A stretch of DNA of 62,484 bases, filler included, from Squatina squatina (GCA_031763465.1; 3 parts of 3 records of this genome joined end to end with filler, not necessarily neighbours in it); one strand, 5' to 3'; shown: positions 1 to 14,304, counted from the whole stretch's first letter. Notes: generated by a model from the letters alone, not told the origin. Program-made: numbers and translations.

Positions 1-243
1 TATTTAAAATACACCAAGAATATTGTGGCTAGGTGGACTAGATAGACCAAAAGCTTTCTCCTGCCTGGAACCATTACTATGCAAGTCACAAAAAGAAAAA
101 TGAGGCACCTTCTGTGCAGATGTTACCATATCATGTGTCTCAAAGCGGAATCTAAATATACACTTATTGTAGATAACCTTGTTTTGTAGACAATGTTCCA
201 ATATGGATATTCACTGCAATTATCCTTCTTACTTTAAGCCTCA

Positions 244-453
<210 letters not shown>

Positions 454-3400
454 TTACTTATGTTATTCCTATTTTGCCACTGAGTCAAGATTTATTTCCT
501 ACCAACCAGTGGCATGTTTTTTTTTATAAACGTGATTAAAACAGTCACTAGAGGAAGTTCATGTTTCTATTCACATTACTACTCTGCATGCCTCTCATTA
601 GATTAACTACAGATCTCCAATATGCCATAAAAACCACTAATAAACTACATAATAGCATTCAAAAAGGTTTACTGATGAAATAACTTAGAATACAACTTGG
701 GTAGGGCCTGGGTACAAATCCCATGATGTGTTTTGATATTGGTCAACACAACAGAGGAAAGATTGAACAGAAATGTCAGCCAGAGGAATGAAATCTTTAA
801 AATAACTGGACCTGCCTGAACACTCCCTCCCCCCACACATGCTGTGTGGAGCAGGTGGATCAAGTCACCCACCCAACATCACAGGTAGGATTGTTTTTTT
901 TTAAATATGTAAAAAAAGGCAGATGGTAGCAGGGAAGAAACAAATATAAATGTTAATGTTTAAAAGTAGGCACCTTCTCTCAAGCCAATATCTGCAAAGG
1001 ATCAATGTTTCCAGCCTAATGAATTCAAAAACTATTCAGTCATAAAGGAACACAGTGAATAATTTCAGAAACAGTGACTCCTGCCAACGAACCGGAAGCT
1101 GCACAAAGGCATTCTGCATGTAACGGTCAAGTCCAAAGTTTTAAAAATAACATTCACCACAACAGACAGGGGATCTNNNNNNNNNNNNNNNNNNNNNNNN
1201 NNNNNNNNNNNNNNNNNNNNNNNNNNNNNNNNNNNNNNNNNNNNNNNNNNNNNNNNNNNNNNNNNNNNNNNNNNNNNNNNNNNNNNNNNNNNNNNNNNNN
1301 NNNNNNNNNNNNNNNNNNNNNNNNNNNNNNNNNNNNNNNNNNNNNNNNNNNNNNNNNNNNNNNNNTGTCCATCAATTATTTTACATTACTTTTGTTTCTA
1401 ACAAAGACAAAAACAGTAACAGAGTTGGATTAAATAGTGTTCTTGAAAAGCCCTCAAATGATGCCGATAACTAGGGAAGGATGAATTTCAGGACCAAGGA
1501 CATTGCACTGTAAAGATAGACACAAATAAATAAACTATGTGGATAAAATATTAAGCTTGAAGAATTAAGATTGAAATATGAAAGCTTTTCAGTACAGCAG
1601 GGGTCATGTAAGGGCAGGAGACTGTTGCAATATAAAAAGGCAATATGTGGCTATAAGAGCATACATCAAAAGGTTGTTTACAACAAAGCTATGGCTCAGG
1701 CAAAGCACCAATAGTAACAGTATGGTGTGCAAAGGCACAAGGGCTTATCAATCAGTTTGTGAACAACTGGGTGGTCATAAAACATCAGAGTGTTGCATCC
1801 AGCAGGAAGTAGACCACAAAGAAAATGGCATAAAGAGCGATGCCGTGATTTTACTTAATTAGAAAGAGACACCTCTTTGCTACCTTTGAGACCCGGTAGA
1901 GTGAACAAGATTAGGGAAGCCTAATCACGATTCCTCATTAAAAGCCATGCACCCGATTGTCAGGCTTCAACCGAAATGTGCGCTACTCTGTACGGGTGTT
2001 TAAGAGTAATGTTTTGCCAAAAATAAATAGACATATTATCATCTCTAGCTTTATGAATCTGTCTGAAGGACTCATCTAATACTTGTAACTCAGAAGCAAG
2101 TGTTTCTGCAAACAGTACATCTAAAAAAGAAACCTACTATCCTTGCTCTTGCTCATGGTCACTTGCACAAGTCAAATTGGAGAGGGCCATATAATAAAGT
2201 TACAAAATAACACTTAATTTTAAGGGGAGATGTATAACATAGGACTATATACACATTGAAAAGCATAAATACATTTACTGCACAGTTGTCATGTTTTACA
2301 ACATTAAAAACAAATAATCAATGGCATGAGGTGAATTACAGATTTGGGCTTTGGTTGGATTGGGGTTAATGTGGGCACTTCATGTATATCCACTAGTGGC
2401 TATAACAAGGCCAAAATTTAATGGTGTATCCCATGCACGTCTCTAATTCATCTCCTGACCATCCGTTATTTTGTATAATATATACAAGGTACTTTTTTTT
2501 CCTCGTTTCCATTCATGACAAATGGCTGGCGTCGTGTCGAGATGAGTGGACTGCACAGGTGAGGCGGCCGTCAGTAATGAAGAACAGTGGGTGTGTGACG
2601 TCACAGGTGTAACATCATAATGGGCATCTGATGCTAGAGGTGCAAAATTAAAGAAAAATAATCTGAACATTCTGACAATAGTACATGCACTTTACAGGGA
2701 TACAAATTTACATAAAATACAGGACAGAGTACCTTGCATACATTATATATTTGCATTGTAATGGATTCTTTTCACACATCCCCTTAAAATATAGCGTTGC
2801 TAAGGCCCAGTATCTACAGCGAGAGCACAAGAATTTGACTGTCAATCAAAGACCAATATTCATGCTTAGGCTTGGCTTTTGGTGGGGGGGAATGGGGATA
2901 GGGAGGGAAATTGGGCGAGTATATCAGCCTCAGCTAAATCGTCTGGGATGATGAGGAAACAAGAAAGCTGGCTGGGATAGTGTTCCTTTTCACACATTTC
3001 TCAAGTGCACCTGCTGAGTCTCAACAGAAGGTCACTGACAGCAATACCTCACTCTCCCAACTGAGGAAGACAAGGATTGGAGGTTACAAGTGGGGACACA
3101 AAAAAAATTTCTAAAAACTTTCATACAAGTTAATGTGTTTTACTACTAAGCGCAATACAAATAAAAATAAAGAACAGCACAGCTACCTGCACTTAAATCT
3201 TGTTTTAAATAGTAATAAAGGCATTCAAATACAATTCTAGTAAGATAGGCTACCAAGTTTTAATTTGAGAGTTATCAAATTCTTAAACTATACTTTTAAT
3301 TAGCCAGTTTGGTGGTGCAAGACACTGGATCATTGACACATTGGGCCAGAAGGCAAATTTGTGCCCATTTCCCAATCATAGCTAGGCCAAGACTTCCACA

Positions 3401-3535
3401 CAATGAAGGAGAAGAGTCAAATCGTAAACCACAGGNNNNNNNNNNNNNNNNNNNNNNNNNNNNNNNNNNNNNNNNNNNNNNNNNNNNNNNNNNNNNNNNN
3501 NNNNNNNNNNNNNNNNNNNNNNNNNNNNNNNNNNN

Positions 3536-3647
3536 GTACAGGGTACTGAGTTGGATGATCAGCCATGATCATATTGAATGGCGGTGCAGGCTCAAAGGGC
3601 CTGATGGCCTACGCCTGCACCTATTTTCTATGTTTCTATGTTTCTAA
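3536..3647 (+). mobile_element. CR1 LINE 3' end
   Basis: gatcagccatgatcatattgaatggcggtgcaggctc... followed by a (TTTCTATG)n tail; near-identical copy at 31684-31850. Confidence 0.8.
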
Positions 3648-4546
3648 GCCTGGTATGGAAAGTCAGGCAGAGTATAAGACGAGTGTCCGATCCAATCCAG
3701 TCACTTTCCCGCTGGCTGGTTAGGGTAAAATTACTCCCATAATGTTCAGGTGGGAGAACTGGTCTTTAGTGACATTTATAAAGAGTTCGACATCTGGCAT
3801 GAACTGAAAACAGCCTCCTGAAGGGACTTTGCATTGCTTGGCTTCGGACTGAGGCATGACTCCTGAGTTCACGCTGTTATTTTCACGTTAATGTGCACCC
3901 AAACCAGTTAACACGGAGGCGATATTGGCCGCGGAACTGAACCCTGACTGTGCAAGTGGCGTGATTCACCAATGGCACGCGTTTTAGCCCAGGGGAGGCG
4001 CTCAATGTCCGGAAGGAACGAACGAGCAGGTCTGGCCCACCTTGCTGGAGCGGGACAGGGTGGGGGGAGCGCACAGGGGGGCTGCACTCACTCAATGCAC
4101 CCACTGCAGGGTCTGAACAGCTTCATATAGAGATACACAGACTATACTGGGGAGGCCCATAGATTGAGCAAGATCTGGGACTGTTTATAGGACTCAATGG
4201 TTTACACAAGGTGATAACAGGACAAAGAAAGGAGTTTGCATAGGTTGAGGAATTAAGAGCTGTGTCTGCGACTTAATCATTCTGTGTTAATGTGCCGACA
4301 GCAGCGCTGTTCAACAGGGCAAAGGTTAACTCTGCTGCTATGGGGAAAACTATGTCGGTATGTAGCAAGAACCTTGTACACAGAATTAACTAGATATAGC
4401 ACTTATCTCCAGTACTGAGTGTTACAGTGTCTCGCGGCTAAAGTCTTGTGCGATTTGGCAACTCCTGTCTTTTGTTGTCCATCCCGTTCAATAGAAAGAG
4501 GGTGGGTACAAATCTATACATGCATGCAGTGGGGGAGTGTCAGGTT

Positions 4547-4956
4547 TCAGCGCAGCGTTTCCCAGGGCGAGGAGTGCCAGCCAGCCGGTGCCTGGGAGAG
4601 GTTAGGTGAAGAGTAGAGAAAGTCGCCGAATCTCCCGTGCCTCCGATCCTGCAGCAGATCAGGAGCAGACCGCAAACGAGGCAATGTTATGGAGAGTCCT
4701 GTAATCTTGTGAGACACAGCAGCAGGAGTGGTTGCTGACTGCGGGGTGGAGTTCAAACCAGCACTCTGTTTATAGGATGATGTGGGATTAATGTGACTCA
4801 GCCCAGCTGCATTTGACATTCCCTGGGTTTTGTTTTTCATCTGGAGAAGAGCAGCGTAACCCGGAGGTGGAGCTGGTTTTTGCAGGTGTTCCCATGTCCA
4901 GCACTGCCAGGAGTTGGTTGCTGAGGGTGGGTTTTGACTGGACACAGGGAGGCTGG
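4547..4956 (-). CDS. Candidate terminal coding exon of an unidentified gene (S/P/A-rich, PPPGY motif), 5' end lost in gap
   Basis: About 136 stop-free codons run from the N gap to TGA (...KPAPPPGYAALLQ...LRSAPDLLQDRR...WETLR*). Not a repeat I recognise, and followed by mostly unique, UTR-like sequence. No homolog recognised. Confidence 0.35.
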
Positions 4957-7500
4957 NNNNNNNNNNNNNNNNNNNNNNNNNNNNNNNNNNNNNNNNNNNN
5001 NNNNNNNNNNNNNNNNNNNNNNNNNNNNNNNNNNNNNNNNNNNNNNNNNNNNNNNNGAATCCACTTTTTTTTTTACTGGACATCTTTATGGGACCTTGGC
5101 ACATGTGCTCCATACTGAACAGGACACTATTGTGGCAGTGCAAGCTCTTTTTATGAGTTGTGAAAAATTCCCAGCACCATAAGTGCCAGTAATAGATGAC
5201 AATTCTACACAGTGAAAGAACACTCAGTATTTATCAGGTCTCCAGATTTTGAATCTTTGTACTAATGGGGCTTCCCAGCTTTCCTGCTGTAGCCAGGGCA
5301 CATAGGAAGGGTTCCACGGGTGTATATTACAATGTAAATGTTGAAAATCATTTAGTATTCTTTGTTTCACTCTCTGCACTGGCCAAGATTTGCAATCACA
5401 GTTTTAATCTTGGATTAAACGAAGGGGAATGAGTGAGCTGGTGTGTGAATCAACAGCCATATTGCAAACTAAAGGGACAGCCCTCGTGTGTTCGTCTAAG
5501 CAGCGGATGGACTGCATCCCCGTGCCTCAATAAGGCAAACGGGAGAAAGTGTCATTCATGGAAGCCAAACCAGAGGAATGATATATTTACAGGAGATGTT
5601 CTCTTAAATACCACAATCATTCTGATGTTCAGAGCCCTTTGAACTGCAAGTCACAAGCTCCTGTTGATTGGACCACTTAAAGTATGTTAATATTTGTTAC
5701 ATCAAGAATTTGAATGAGTTTATTCCCTGTAGATACCCATGCTATTCTTGCGATGATTTGGTTCAAATGGAGGCATTGTGGCCCAGCTCTCTCATTCCTT
5801 ATTCTGAAATATATATGTCGGTACTGCCAATTTTATGAATCTTAACTGCAGTGTGAATGCAAAGAAATAAGGATATACTGCACATTGTATGTTTGATATT
5901 GCATTTTAATTGCAGCCTATTTGGCCATTAACATGGGCTATGGCCTTAATTATGAACTTAATCACTTAAGGGTATAAACTATGATTTTCAAAGTTTTTTT
6001 TTAGGAAAATATTACTAGTGCAATGACATATATATATTTCTTTACTGTTAATAAATTAGCAAATGAATTTCCAACCTGCCTCAGTTTAATGTGTCTATTT
6101 TGAATATTTACAGCGGAGGTGGTCAGCTCCCTATGACCCTGTATATGGTCCCTGCACAAGATATGAAATTAATAAAAATCCCATGCTTTGTCATCAACTC
6201 CTGAGCTGATTAACATGCTTCTCAGTTTAACTCCTGAATTAATTAGAAAGCATCGTCATTGGGATTTAAAAAATAGCTGCTTCTGTGTAGTTCCATATAT
6301 TTTCTGCATTACTACAGCCACATGTTTGAAAATTATATTTCCGAGCAGCTTTGCGAGCTCAACAACTGTGTGGAGAAATATTTCTTGTTTAAATATTGGA
6401 TNNNNNNNNNNNNNNNNNNNNNNNNNNNNNNNNNNNNNNNNNNNNNNNNNNNNNNNNNNNNNNNNNNNNNNNNNNNNNNNNNNNNNNNNNNNNNNNNNNN
6501 NAGAAGGAGCCTACGTGAGATGCTCCCTCTGGGATTGCTCCAGTGACTGTAGACATGTCATTTGTTCTTTTGTTGTGTAAAAGAGAACTGCTGTCATAAA
6601 ATTCCAAACTGCTTAATTGCTGTGCCATAAAATTAGCATATCTGTGATGTGCCATTTCATTGCTGAATAGCAGCTGCTTGTTGAAGGATGGAAGGAATCG
6701 CAAGGCAGGATAAAGGTCACTGGTTGGGATCATTACATCTGAAACCGAATTCTAATCTGAAGCAATTAGCTGTTGGGATACTGTTGTAATCAGACTGGTT
6801 AATACGCTGGAGTAACTGGAGACTCCTGACCTTAACAAATGCACTGACCATTAGGAAGCACCATTAGTGGTATGACTCTCATTAGTACCACAGTGACAGC
6901 ATTAAGAGTGTTTTATACAACTACTGGATAATGTAATTACCGCAGGTCATCTAAGGATGTCCAAACACATTCCCACTCTTAGTTTAATACTAAAAATAGC
7001 TAAAATAGATATAATTAGGGATCAGAAAAGATCATATTAGTTTACAGCAAACAGTAGATTTGAAAGTTGAATACCAATTAGTGTAATCATTACTATTTAT
7101 TAAACAGAAAGAATGTTTTAATTATAATCACACGGGACATTCAAGCCCATAAAAATGCCTTTCCCTTGTTGTTGCGTCTCTTCAGTCACCCTCATTTTTC
7201 AAAATTAAAGGGCGTTCGGCATTAACTCTTTTAATGCTTAATGTCAGTTGCATCTTTCAAAATAACCACATGCACACAATGCTGGGTTTGGTCACATGCT
7301 AAATAACAAATGATGGAAAGGCAGGAGAGTCAATTATAACGAAAGACAGTTGCTTGATTGAAGAGTAAGTTTTCAAGTCATTCAATCAGCCCTTCCTTAC
7401 CTCAATTACAAGATACCCTACCCCTATTTTACCTAATGGAATTAGATAATTTATACAGCATTCTCTTTGACCATTTGTTCATCAATATTAGGCAACTGTT

Positions 7501-7554
7501 CCCCTGGCGGAAGCCGCACTGTGACTCAGGGAGTAGCTCTTCAGCCGCTGGCAG
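7501..7554 (-). mobile_element. RTE-clade LINE reverse transcriptase fragment
   Basis: Minus strand translates LPAAEELLPESQCGFRQG, the LPESQCGFR motif typical of RTE/BovB ORFs. Confidence 0.7.
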
Positions 7555-7789
7555 GTTTTGGCATTAACAGGCACCCTCAATTGAGTTCACTTATCCTTTA
7601 AAGATGCCTAAGTATCAGATTCAAGATTCAAATCAACCATCAATGAAATAATTAAATAAATAAATAAATAAACAGACCCATAACACATTCAAAAACTTAC
7701 AATAGTATCTCTGGGAACTCAAAATATGATAGGACCGATTTATTTGACCTTTGCTCCCAGGTATCCCCAGTCCTCTGGGCACAGTGTTC

Positions 7790-8150
7790 AGAAATTCCCC
7801 AGCTTTGGTCTACCCCACAAGTGGAAACATCTTCTCTACATCTACCCTATCAGACCCTTTCAGAATTGTAAAGATCTCTATTAGGTCACTCCACAGCCTT
7901 CTCTTTTCTAGAGGCCTGTTCAGTATTTCCTGATTGCTGGTATTTCTGGTATTCGCCTTCTCCAGTGCCTCTATATCCTTTTTAAAATATGGTGACCAGA
8001 ACAGTCCATGGTACACCAAGTGTGATCTAACCAAGGTTCGATACATGTTTAGGATGACTTCCCTGCTTTTCAATTCTATCCCCCTAGAAATGAACCCCAG
8101 TGCATTGTTTGCGTTCTTTAGGACTTGGTTTGCTACTTTTAATGATTTGT
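7790..8150 (-). mobile_element. CR1 LINE ORF2 C-terminal fragment
   Basis: ORF 7810-8073: KSREVILNMYRTLVRSHL...WSPYFKKDIEALEK...LEKRRLWSDLIEIFTILKG. Confidence 0.9.
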
Positions 8151-8679
8151 GAACGTGTATCCCTATTCAATATTTATTTGAATAGAATGACACTGAGGAC
8201 GTGNNNNNNNNNNNNNNNNNNNNNNNNNNNNNNNNNNNNNNNNNNNNNNNNNNNNNNNNNNNNNNNNNNNNNNNNNNNNNNNNNNNNNNNNNNNNNNNNN
8301 NNNTTTTTTCTTAGTTATTTAAACATATTATGTATCTTGTGCTCTCTCTATCTGTATATAACATATACACTTAGAGAACATAAAAATGTCACACTGACCA
8401 CATACACATCAATAATTAATTCCCTAATGATCCATTATAATGCCTTTTTTAAAAAACAAAATGGCCAACATTGCATCAACAAGTGAAGCCTTTTAAGGAG
8501 CAGGCAATACATGCTCAAGGGCAATGAATAGNNNNNNNNNNCTATCAAAGCTGATCATTTACAATGGAGATAAGTTGGAGTTAAATATTTATAGTAGCAC
8601 ATGATGTCTGAGATGCACGGACCATACCAGGCCATATCCTGGCAGCACAATGTACAGAATATACTGTCTCAGCACTCAA

Positions 8680-8756
8680 AACAAAAACAGAAAGGGGAAA
8701 AGTTCAGCAGGTCAGGCAGCATCTGTGGAGAGAACAAACAACTTAACGTTTCAGGC
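8680..8756 (-). repeat. Penelope-like terminal repeat fragment
   Basis: cagcaggtcaggcagcatctgtggagag...ttaacgtttcagg is the same family as 26312-26507 and 38635-38880. Confidence 0.6.
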
Positions 8757-9844
8757 TGGATCAGGCTCCAGCGGCCCAGCAGCCTGGGAGAAGAAATAAC
8801 TCAGGTCGACACCAAGGCTGCGGACCACCCCACGAGCACAGTGTTCTCACAGCGGGTGGTTCCCTACCCCCCACCCAGAGCACCATCTCCTCCACCCCTA
8901 GAAACATCCAAGAAATAGCAGTGGATTTGGCCTACTATTTAGATTATAGATAGGTTCTTCAAAAAGTTGTGGCCAATCTCTCACTGCGGGTCACAGCTGA
9001 TTTGCAAGATTTTATACTCCGTGAAACACTGAAGCAAAACCGTTCCCAGTGGACACAATGACAAGAACCAAATGTCATTGAAAGTGGATGAGTTGATTGG
9101 TTAACAATACACTAGAAGACAGAAGTGGCCACCAACGTTCGATGTTTGTACTTTGTGACCTTAGGGCAAGGGATAAGTAGCCGAAGACAGTTAAAAGAGT
9201 TGGGCAGAACAATGGACATATGCCAGGCCTGAATTCTGAACTGTCGCTTACTCTCACAGATGTGCATTTGTTGCTGTGGAAAGTGAAGGGACGTGGAGCT
9301 AAGCTTGAAACAATGGGAGCTGAAAGAATGAGGCTGTGAGGAGGGGAGGGCATTCTTTCATACTTAATACTGTAGTTTGTTTTTCTGATGGTGACCGTAC
9401 AAACAGCAGAAGTGTGTGGACAGAGAGGGCACGCTTGAGTAAATGTCCAACTGTTCCTCTGTGTGTGTGTCAACTTTTTAAAAAAATGGATGAATATTAA
9501 ACAGCTTAAAGTTAAAAACACCACAAGCATAATGCCTATATTGCCATTATAATAGAAAGCAGAATTTGCTGTTTTTGACCTGGTACAGATCAAAGGTGAT
9601 AGATTTTAGAATAAGAGGATACATTTTAATTTTTTATTAAGAATACAAATTAGTATTTCACTTGAAGTAAATTGTTATAATTTATAAAGATGTCTTGTGT
9701 TATTGTTTGATCAAAAAGTTGAAGCTTTCTTGAACTAAATCAAAATGTCCAGGCCCCTTCATTGTCAGAGTATAGTCCTGAGTAATTTTTAATCTTGACC
9801 TGATCAATGCCCCTGAAATAACTACACTGCACCAATAATTAAAA

Positions 9845-9998
9845 CGCTCCTTAAAACCCACTCTTTTGACCAAGCTTTTGGTCACCTGTCCTTATGTGAC
9901 TTGGTGTCAAATTTTGTTTTGTAATGCTCCTGTGAAGTGCTTTGGGACGTTTTAATACACTAAAGGTGCTATACAAATGTAAGTTGTTGTTGTATTGT
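9845..9998 (+). mobile_element. L2-type LINE 3' tail
   Basis: ctccttaaaaccc...tttgaccaagctttt...gtgaagtgctttgggacg...aaaggtgctatacaaatgtaagttgttgttgt; related copy at 37260-37440. Confidence 0.7.
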
Positions 9999-10099
9999 GN
10001 NNNNNNNNNNNNNNNNNNNNNNNNNNNNNNNNNNNNNNNNNNNNNNNNNNNNNNNNNNNNNNNNNNNNNNNNNNNNNNNNNNNNNNNNNNNNNNNNNNN

Positions 10100-10343
10100 A
10101 GGACGCCGGGGAGAACTCCCCTGCTCTTCTTCTAGATCTTTTACATCTATGTGAGAGAGCAGATGGGGCCTCGGTTTAACAGCTCATCTGAAAGTCGGCA
10201 TCTCCGACAGTGCAGCACTCCCTCAGCACAGTGCCTCGTGTCAGCCTAGATTTTTGTGCTCGATTCTCTGGGCTGCGACCATGAACCCACAACCTTCTGA
10301 CTCAGAGGCGAAAGAGAGAGCTACCCACTGAGTCACAGCTGGC
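10100..10343 (-). mobile_element. tRNA-derived SINE (SacSINE1/DeuSINE-like), 5' part
   Basis: Reverse complement matches the head of the copy at 55367 (gtgactcagtgggtagc...cgcctctgagtcagaaggttgtgggttca). Confidence 0.8.
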
Positions 10344-12665
10344 AACATGTCAGGCATTTGAAGAAGTTGACCCATCTCATCTGATATGTGCCAATGGCAT
10401 GGTCACATTATTCTGCTGTGTGGACTGAAGTTGTCAATGTTACATCTATTTGAAACTCTTGAATTTCCACATTGATTTGGCTCTGTTTGTGGACTGTACG
10501 GCCAGGATGATCATTTCTCATTATTTATAAATGAGCTCATTTTGATCATTGCGGTGAAAACTGAACTGTCATTAAATGACAGAAAACGTTTAGAAAAGAT
10601 TACCGACCACCTTACGCAAGAAGGTGTAAATTTGTAAAACAAAACACAGATTTCCAAACCTTCCCCGCTGTTGTTAGTGGAATTAGGCAACAGATTGACA
10701 ATGCTCTGTGTGATGAGCTCTGAATAATTGAGCAAAATGCTATGCTTGGATCAGGATTTTGCATTTCTATGTTGGGTTCTGATCAGGATTTCATGTATAA
10801 TGAGTTTGAAGGGGCAGTGATGAGATACCTTGGGATTATTTTCTCGGATCAGTACAATGCTTTGATCAGCTCCGTGTTTACCAGCACTCAATTTGTATTT
10901 TTGTGAGACCTGGAGAACTGATCAGTGGCTGGATAGATTTAGGAAATTAGAGGCCTCCCATTTAAAGACGTCAGAATAAATCTTTGCTCTGGAGTCTCTT
11001 TGCAGCACTACAGATATCCCGATTGCTAGTTGTTGTAGCCAATGAATGGAAGCCATCTGCTGCAGACAGACAATGCGGGACCAGCAGAAGCAAATATCCC
11101 TAATTTAAAAAAAAGTCGAGGCCATTCAAAATCTGCACTCTGTGTCGTTGCCCACAATCCTCCCACATGGGGTTCCATATACCGTGATGCCGGCGACAGT
11201 GGGACCAGGTGACACGAGCACTGACATCCTCTGGAGAGGACAGTCGGGCAGTCTGAGCACCTGCCGCCCCGAGAGCTCTTTAAACATGTCACATTTATCA
11301 AGGGCAAGGAGAGAACAAAGAACTGCCTTCAGCAGGGCGATATAGCTTAATAAATTATCCTCAACTGTTTTTGTAAAGCGATTGCCAAGGCCTGTGATCA
11401 GACAGGGGTTGTTACTAAGATGAAATGTATTTCCAAGGGTCCCCCTGATGTTCCAGCCACGAGTCTCGCATTGGCAAAGACTTTGCTATTGTCAGTGGCC
11501 AGTGCTATTGTCTGAGTACTTTTGTGCTCTCTGGGGATTTGCACGCTCGTAGTACTGTTCAGATAAAAGCTATGTCTTCTGAGTCTTTTAAGAGACCATA
11601 TCTCAACTGGTTTAGCATTTTGTTAAGAACAATCCAAGCGACAAATTTTATTGAAGTGATTATGTTGCAGTTGGATTTGATTACTTCATGAATGTCCCAT
11701 TACTTTTAGGAAGGCAACATAAAACGTTTTAATTACAGTCAGTTTTATCACTACAATTCAAATGTTGAGAGTTACAGGCTCCCTTGTCCAATAATAACCT
11801 TGTTAATTTCGGGTCAGTGCCATCAACTCAACAGCAACCAACCATTACTACCTATTCAAGTTGGTTTAAAAACAGAACTAGCTAACAAATAGATGGCTGC
11901 ACTGAGGTGGGGATAACTTTGAAACCAGGAAGAAATACAGCAACAAAGTAATTCAAATTTTGCACAGTGCGCTTTTTGATACATTTTCATGGGATTCTAT
12001 AAAAATTAGATGGGAAAAAAGGGACTTGTTGCATAGGCTGACTCCCTCGATCTGTTGCCTCCTCCTACCCCAGCAAGGTACAATCCTGAGCTGGGCATGT
12101 GAGATAGTCCAGCCTGAGAAACCTTGATGAACACTATCGATATGATGTTGAGNNNNNNNNNNNNNNNNNNNNNNNNNNNNNNNNNNNNNNNNNNNNNNNN
12201 NNNNNNNNNNNNNNNNNNNNNNNNNNNNNNNNNNNNNNNNNNNNNNNNNNNNTGCTCCTACTTTAAAAGATTAGATACCATCTCGGCATGATCTGGAACT
12301 GATGCCTTGGTTGTATGGTATGTTGATGTACTACCATATTGTGTTATCAAGTGCTAGCCATGGAATCATGCCATAACATCCCAGAGAATGATTCTCATCT
12401 TGGGCTGTTTAGAGAGGGATTGAGTGGAGCAGATTGCTTCTGTACAGTGAGGAAAGCAAAATTGGAAGACAAATCAACCCGGATTGCTTTTCTGTGTCTT
12501 CTAATGTTCAGAGTATTATTACCAGGTAATGGGTGCAAGCTAACTGCATTCTGAGAATGGTAAATGATATTCATGGAGGGATGAAAGAAACTAAAGGAGA
12601 GGATTTTTTTTAATCTAAAAGCTTTACAGAATATAATACTGTTCATGTCACCCTCCTCCTGACAG

Positions 12666-12782
12666 TCTACTGAAGCGTTGGAGTTTATGAAACGGGATCT
12701 TGCAGAGTTTTCACATGTGGTGCAACATGATACAGCATGTACAATTGCTGCCACCGCTAATGCAGTGAAGGAAAAGCTGAGT
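12666..12782 (+). CDS. BSDC1: BSD domain-containing protein 1, internal exon
   Basis: cag|STEALEFMKRDLAEFSHVVQHDTACTIAATANAVKEKLS|gtgagt; 117 nt, canonical splice sites, matches recalled vertebrate BSDC1 N-terminal region. Confidence 0.93.
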
Positions 12783-13781
12783 GTGAGTATATAACTGCAT
12801 TACTTCAATATATAGCTCACGCCAGTTAAAACTGTGATGTAAGCATAATACTAATGCAGTCATAGCATCCTAGTGTATAATATCTATTCTCTCTCCAGGA
12901 TTCTTGATAAGGATTTGCAATTGCTAGGGCCAGCATTGCTGATGCATGGCATTTTCTTTAAATTTGCTAACATAAATGTTTCAAACATAATTTATTGATT
13001 GAGTAGCACTTTGGCATGTCATGAGGATGTGACTGTGCACTGTGAATACAAGTTATTGATTGAGTGTTTCAGTGCATAATTCACTGAATAGTCTGGTTCA
13101 TTTCATCTATAGATAGCATACCAGATATGAGTGTAATCAGCCTTCCTTTGTTCCAATAGTGCTTCGTAGCTGAAAATTGTTACAGTGTGAAGAGAAATTA
13201 CAGACGTGGAGGGGGGAAGTGGGTAAACTTGTGTTTTTTGCTTCCTGTATTGACCCTTGCATCGACTGTGCTTTTGTTTGGGGTGAATCTGCCTGCGGTA
13301 TCACCACAGGCTTCACCAGGGGCAGTCCTCCTCCCCACGTGATGAGAGATGCTTCTTCAGAGGCTGCCACCAAGAAGGCAAACTTACTCCCAAGGACAGC
13401 CAAGATTATGAATATTAGTTGAGATTGGGATTTCAACCTATGACCTTTGTTCAAAAGTCAATATTCCAGCCACCTGTCAGGATTCCCTTCCTGTATAATA
13501 TACAAGAATGTCTGTGTTGCCCTGGGTAAACTTGAGGCCATCCAAAACTCAACTGCCTGTGTCCTAACTCGTACCAAGTCCCGTTTTCATTCATCACCCC
13601 TGTGGTCACTGGCTCCCAATTAAGAAGTGACTAGATTTAAAAATTCTCATACTTGTTTTCAAATCACTTCATAGCCTCGCANNNNNNNNNNNNNNNNNNN
13701 NNNNNNNNNNNNNNNNNNNNNNNNNNNNNNNNNNNNNNNNNNNNNNNNNNNNNNNNNNNNNNNNNNNNNNNNNNNNNNNNN

Positions 13782-13877
13782 TCTACGCATGCGCAGTTTT
13801 TCTGTTTAAAAGCCGGCTCACTGGCTGCGTGGGATGGCTAGACCGCTGTGCAGCCGTGCAGCTTAAAGGGAACATTG
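13782..13877. mobile_element. hAT-like MITE, right part
   Basis: Similar to 31855-31982; ends in TIR cttaaagggaacattg. Confidence 0.65.
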
Positions 13878-14271
13878 GGCACTCGTGGCGTCCTCGGATT
13901 GGGAATAGGAAATGTTCATGAGTTTTAAAATTCAGTTGATTTTTTTTCTGCCCAGTTCTCCATATTTTTGCATTTTGTTGTAATATTGAACACTTCTAAA
14001 ATGAAGTGGAGGAAAAAAATCCTTTTTTAAAAAAAAAATGACAGCTGACTACCGAGCTGCAGCTGCAAGTTGTCAGCATTTCAGTTGTGTACAGCAAACA
14101 GGTTATGAAACATTGATGTCATTGCTCGTGTGATTGGTGCTTTTGCATAAAGATATTTCACCTTTGTGGGGATTTGTAGAATGTTTCCTTGCTGCCTATT
14201 TATACAAGAACTGTTGAATGCCATAGACCTGTCTTGCCTCATTCTAATTTTAAACACCTGGCTTGTTTCAG

Positions 14272-14304
14272 CTGGAAGATGAAGATTGGGAAGATTGGGA
14301 ATAA
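14272..14304 (+). CDS. BSDC1: BSDC1 final coding exon
   Basis: gcttgtttcag|CTG GAA GAT GAA GAT TGG GAA GAT TGG GAA TAA = LEDEDWEDWE*, matching the recalled BSDC1 C-terminus (LEDVEWEDWE). Confidence 0.9.
   Translation: MEDEDWEDWE

Noticed and set aside
9075-9593. 172-aa minus-strand ORF
   Set aside because: No ATG start, no recognisable motif, composition typical of non-coding DNA.
10708-10785. Possible C/D box snoRNA (GTGATGA...CTGA)
   Set aside because: No convincing terminal stem or recognisable guide sequence.
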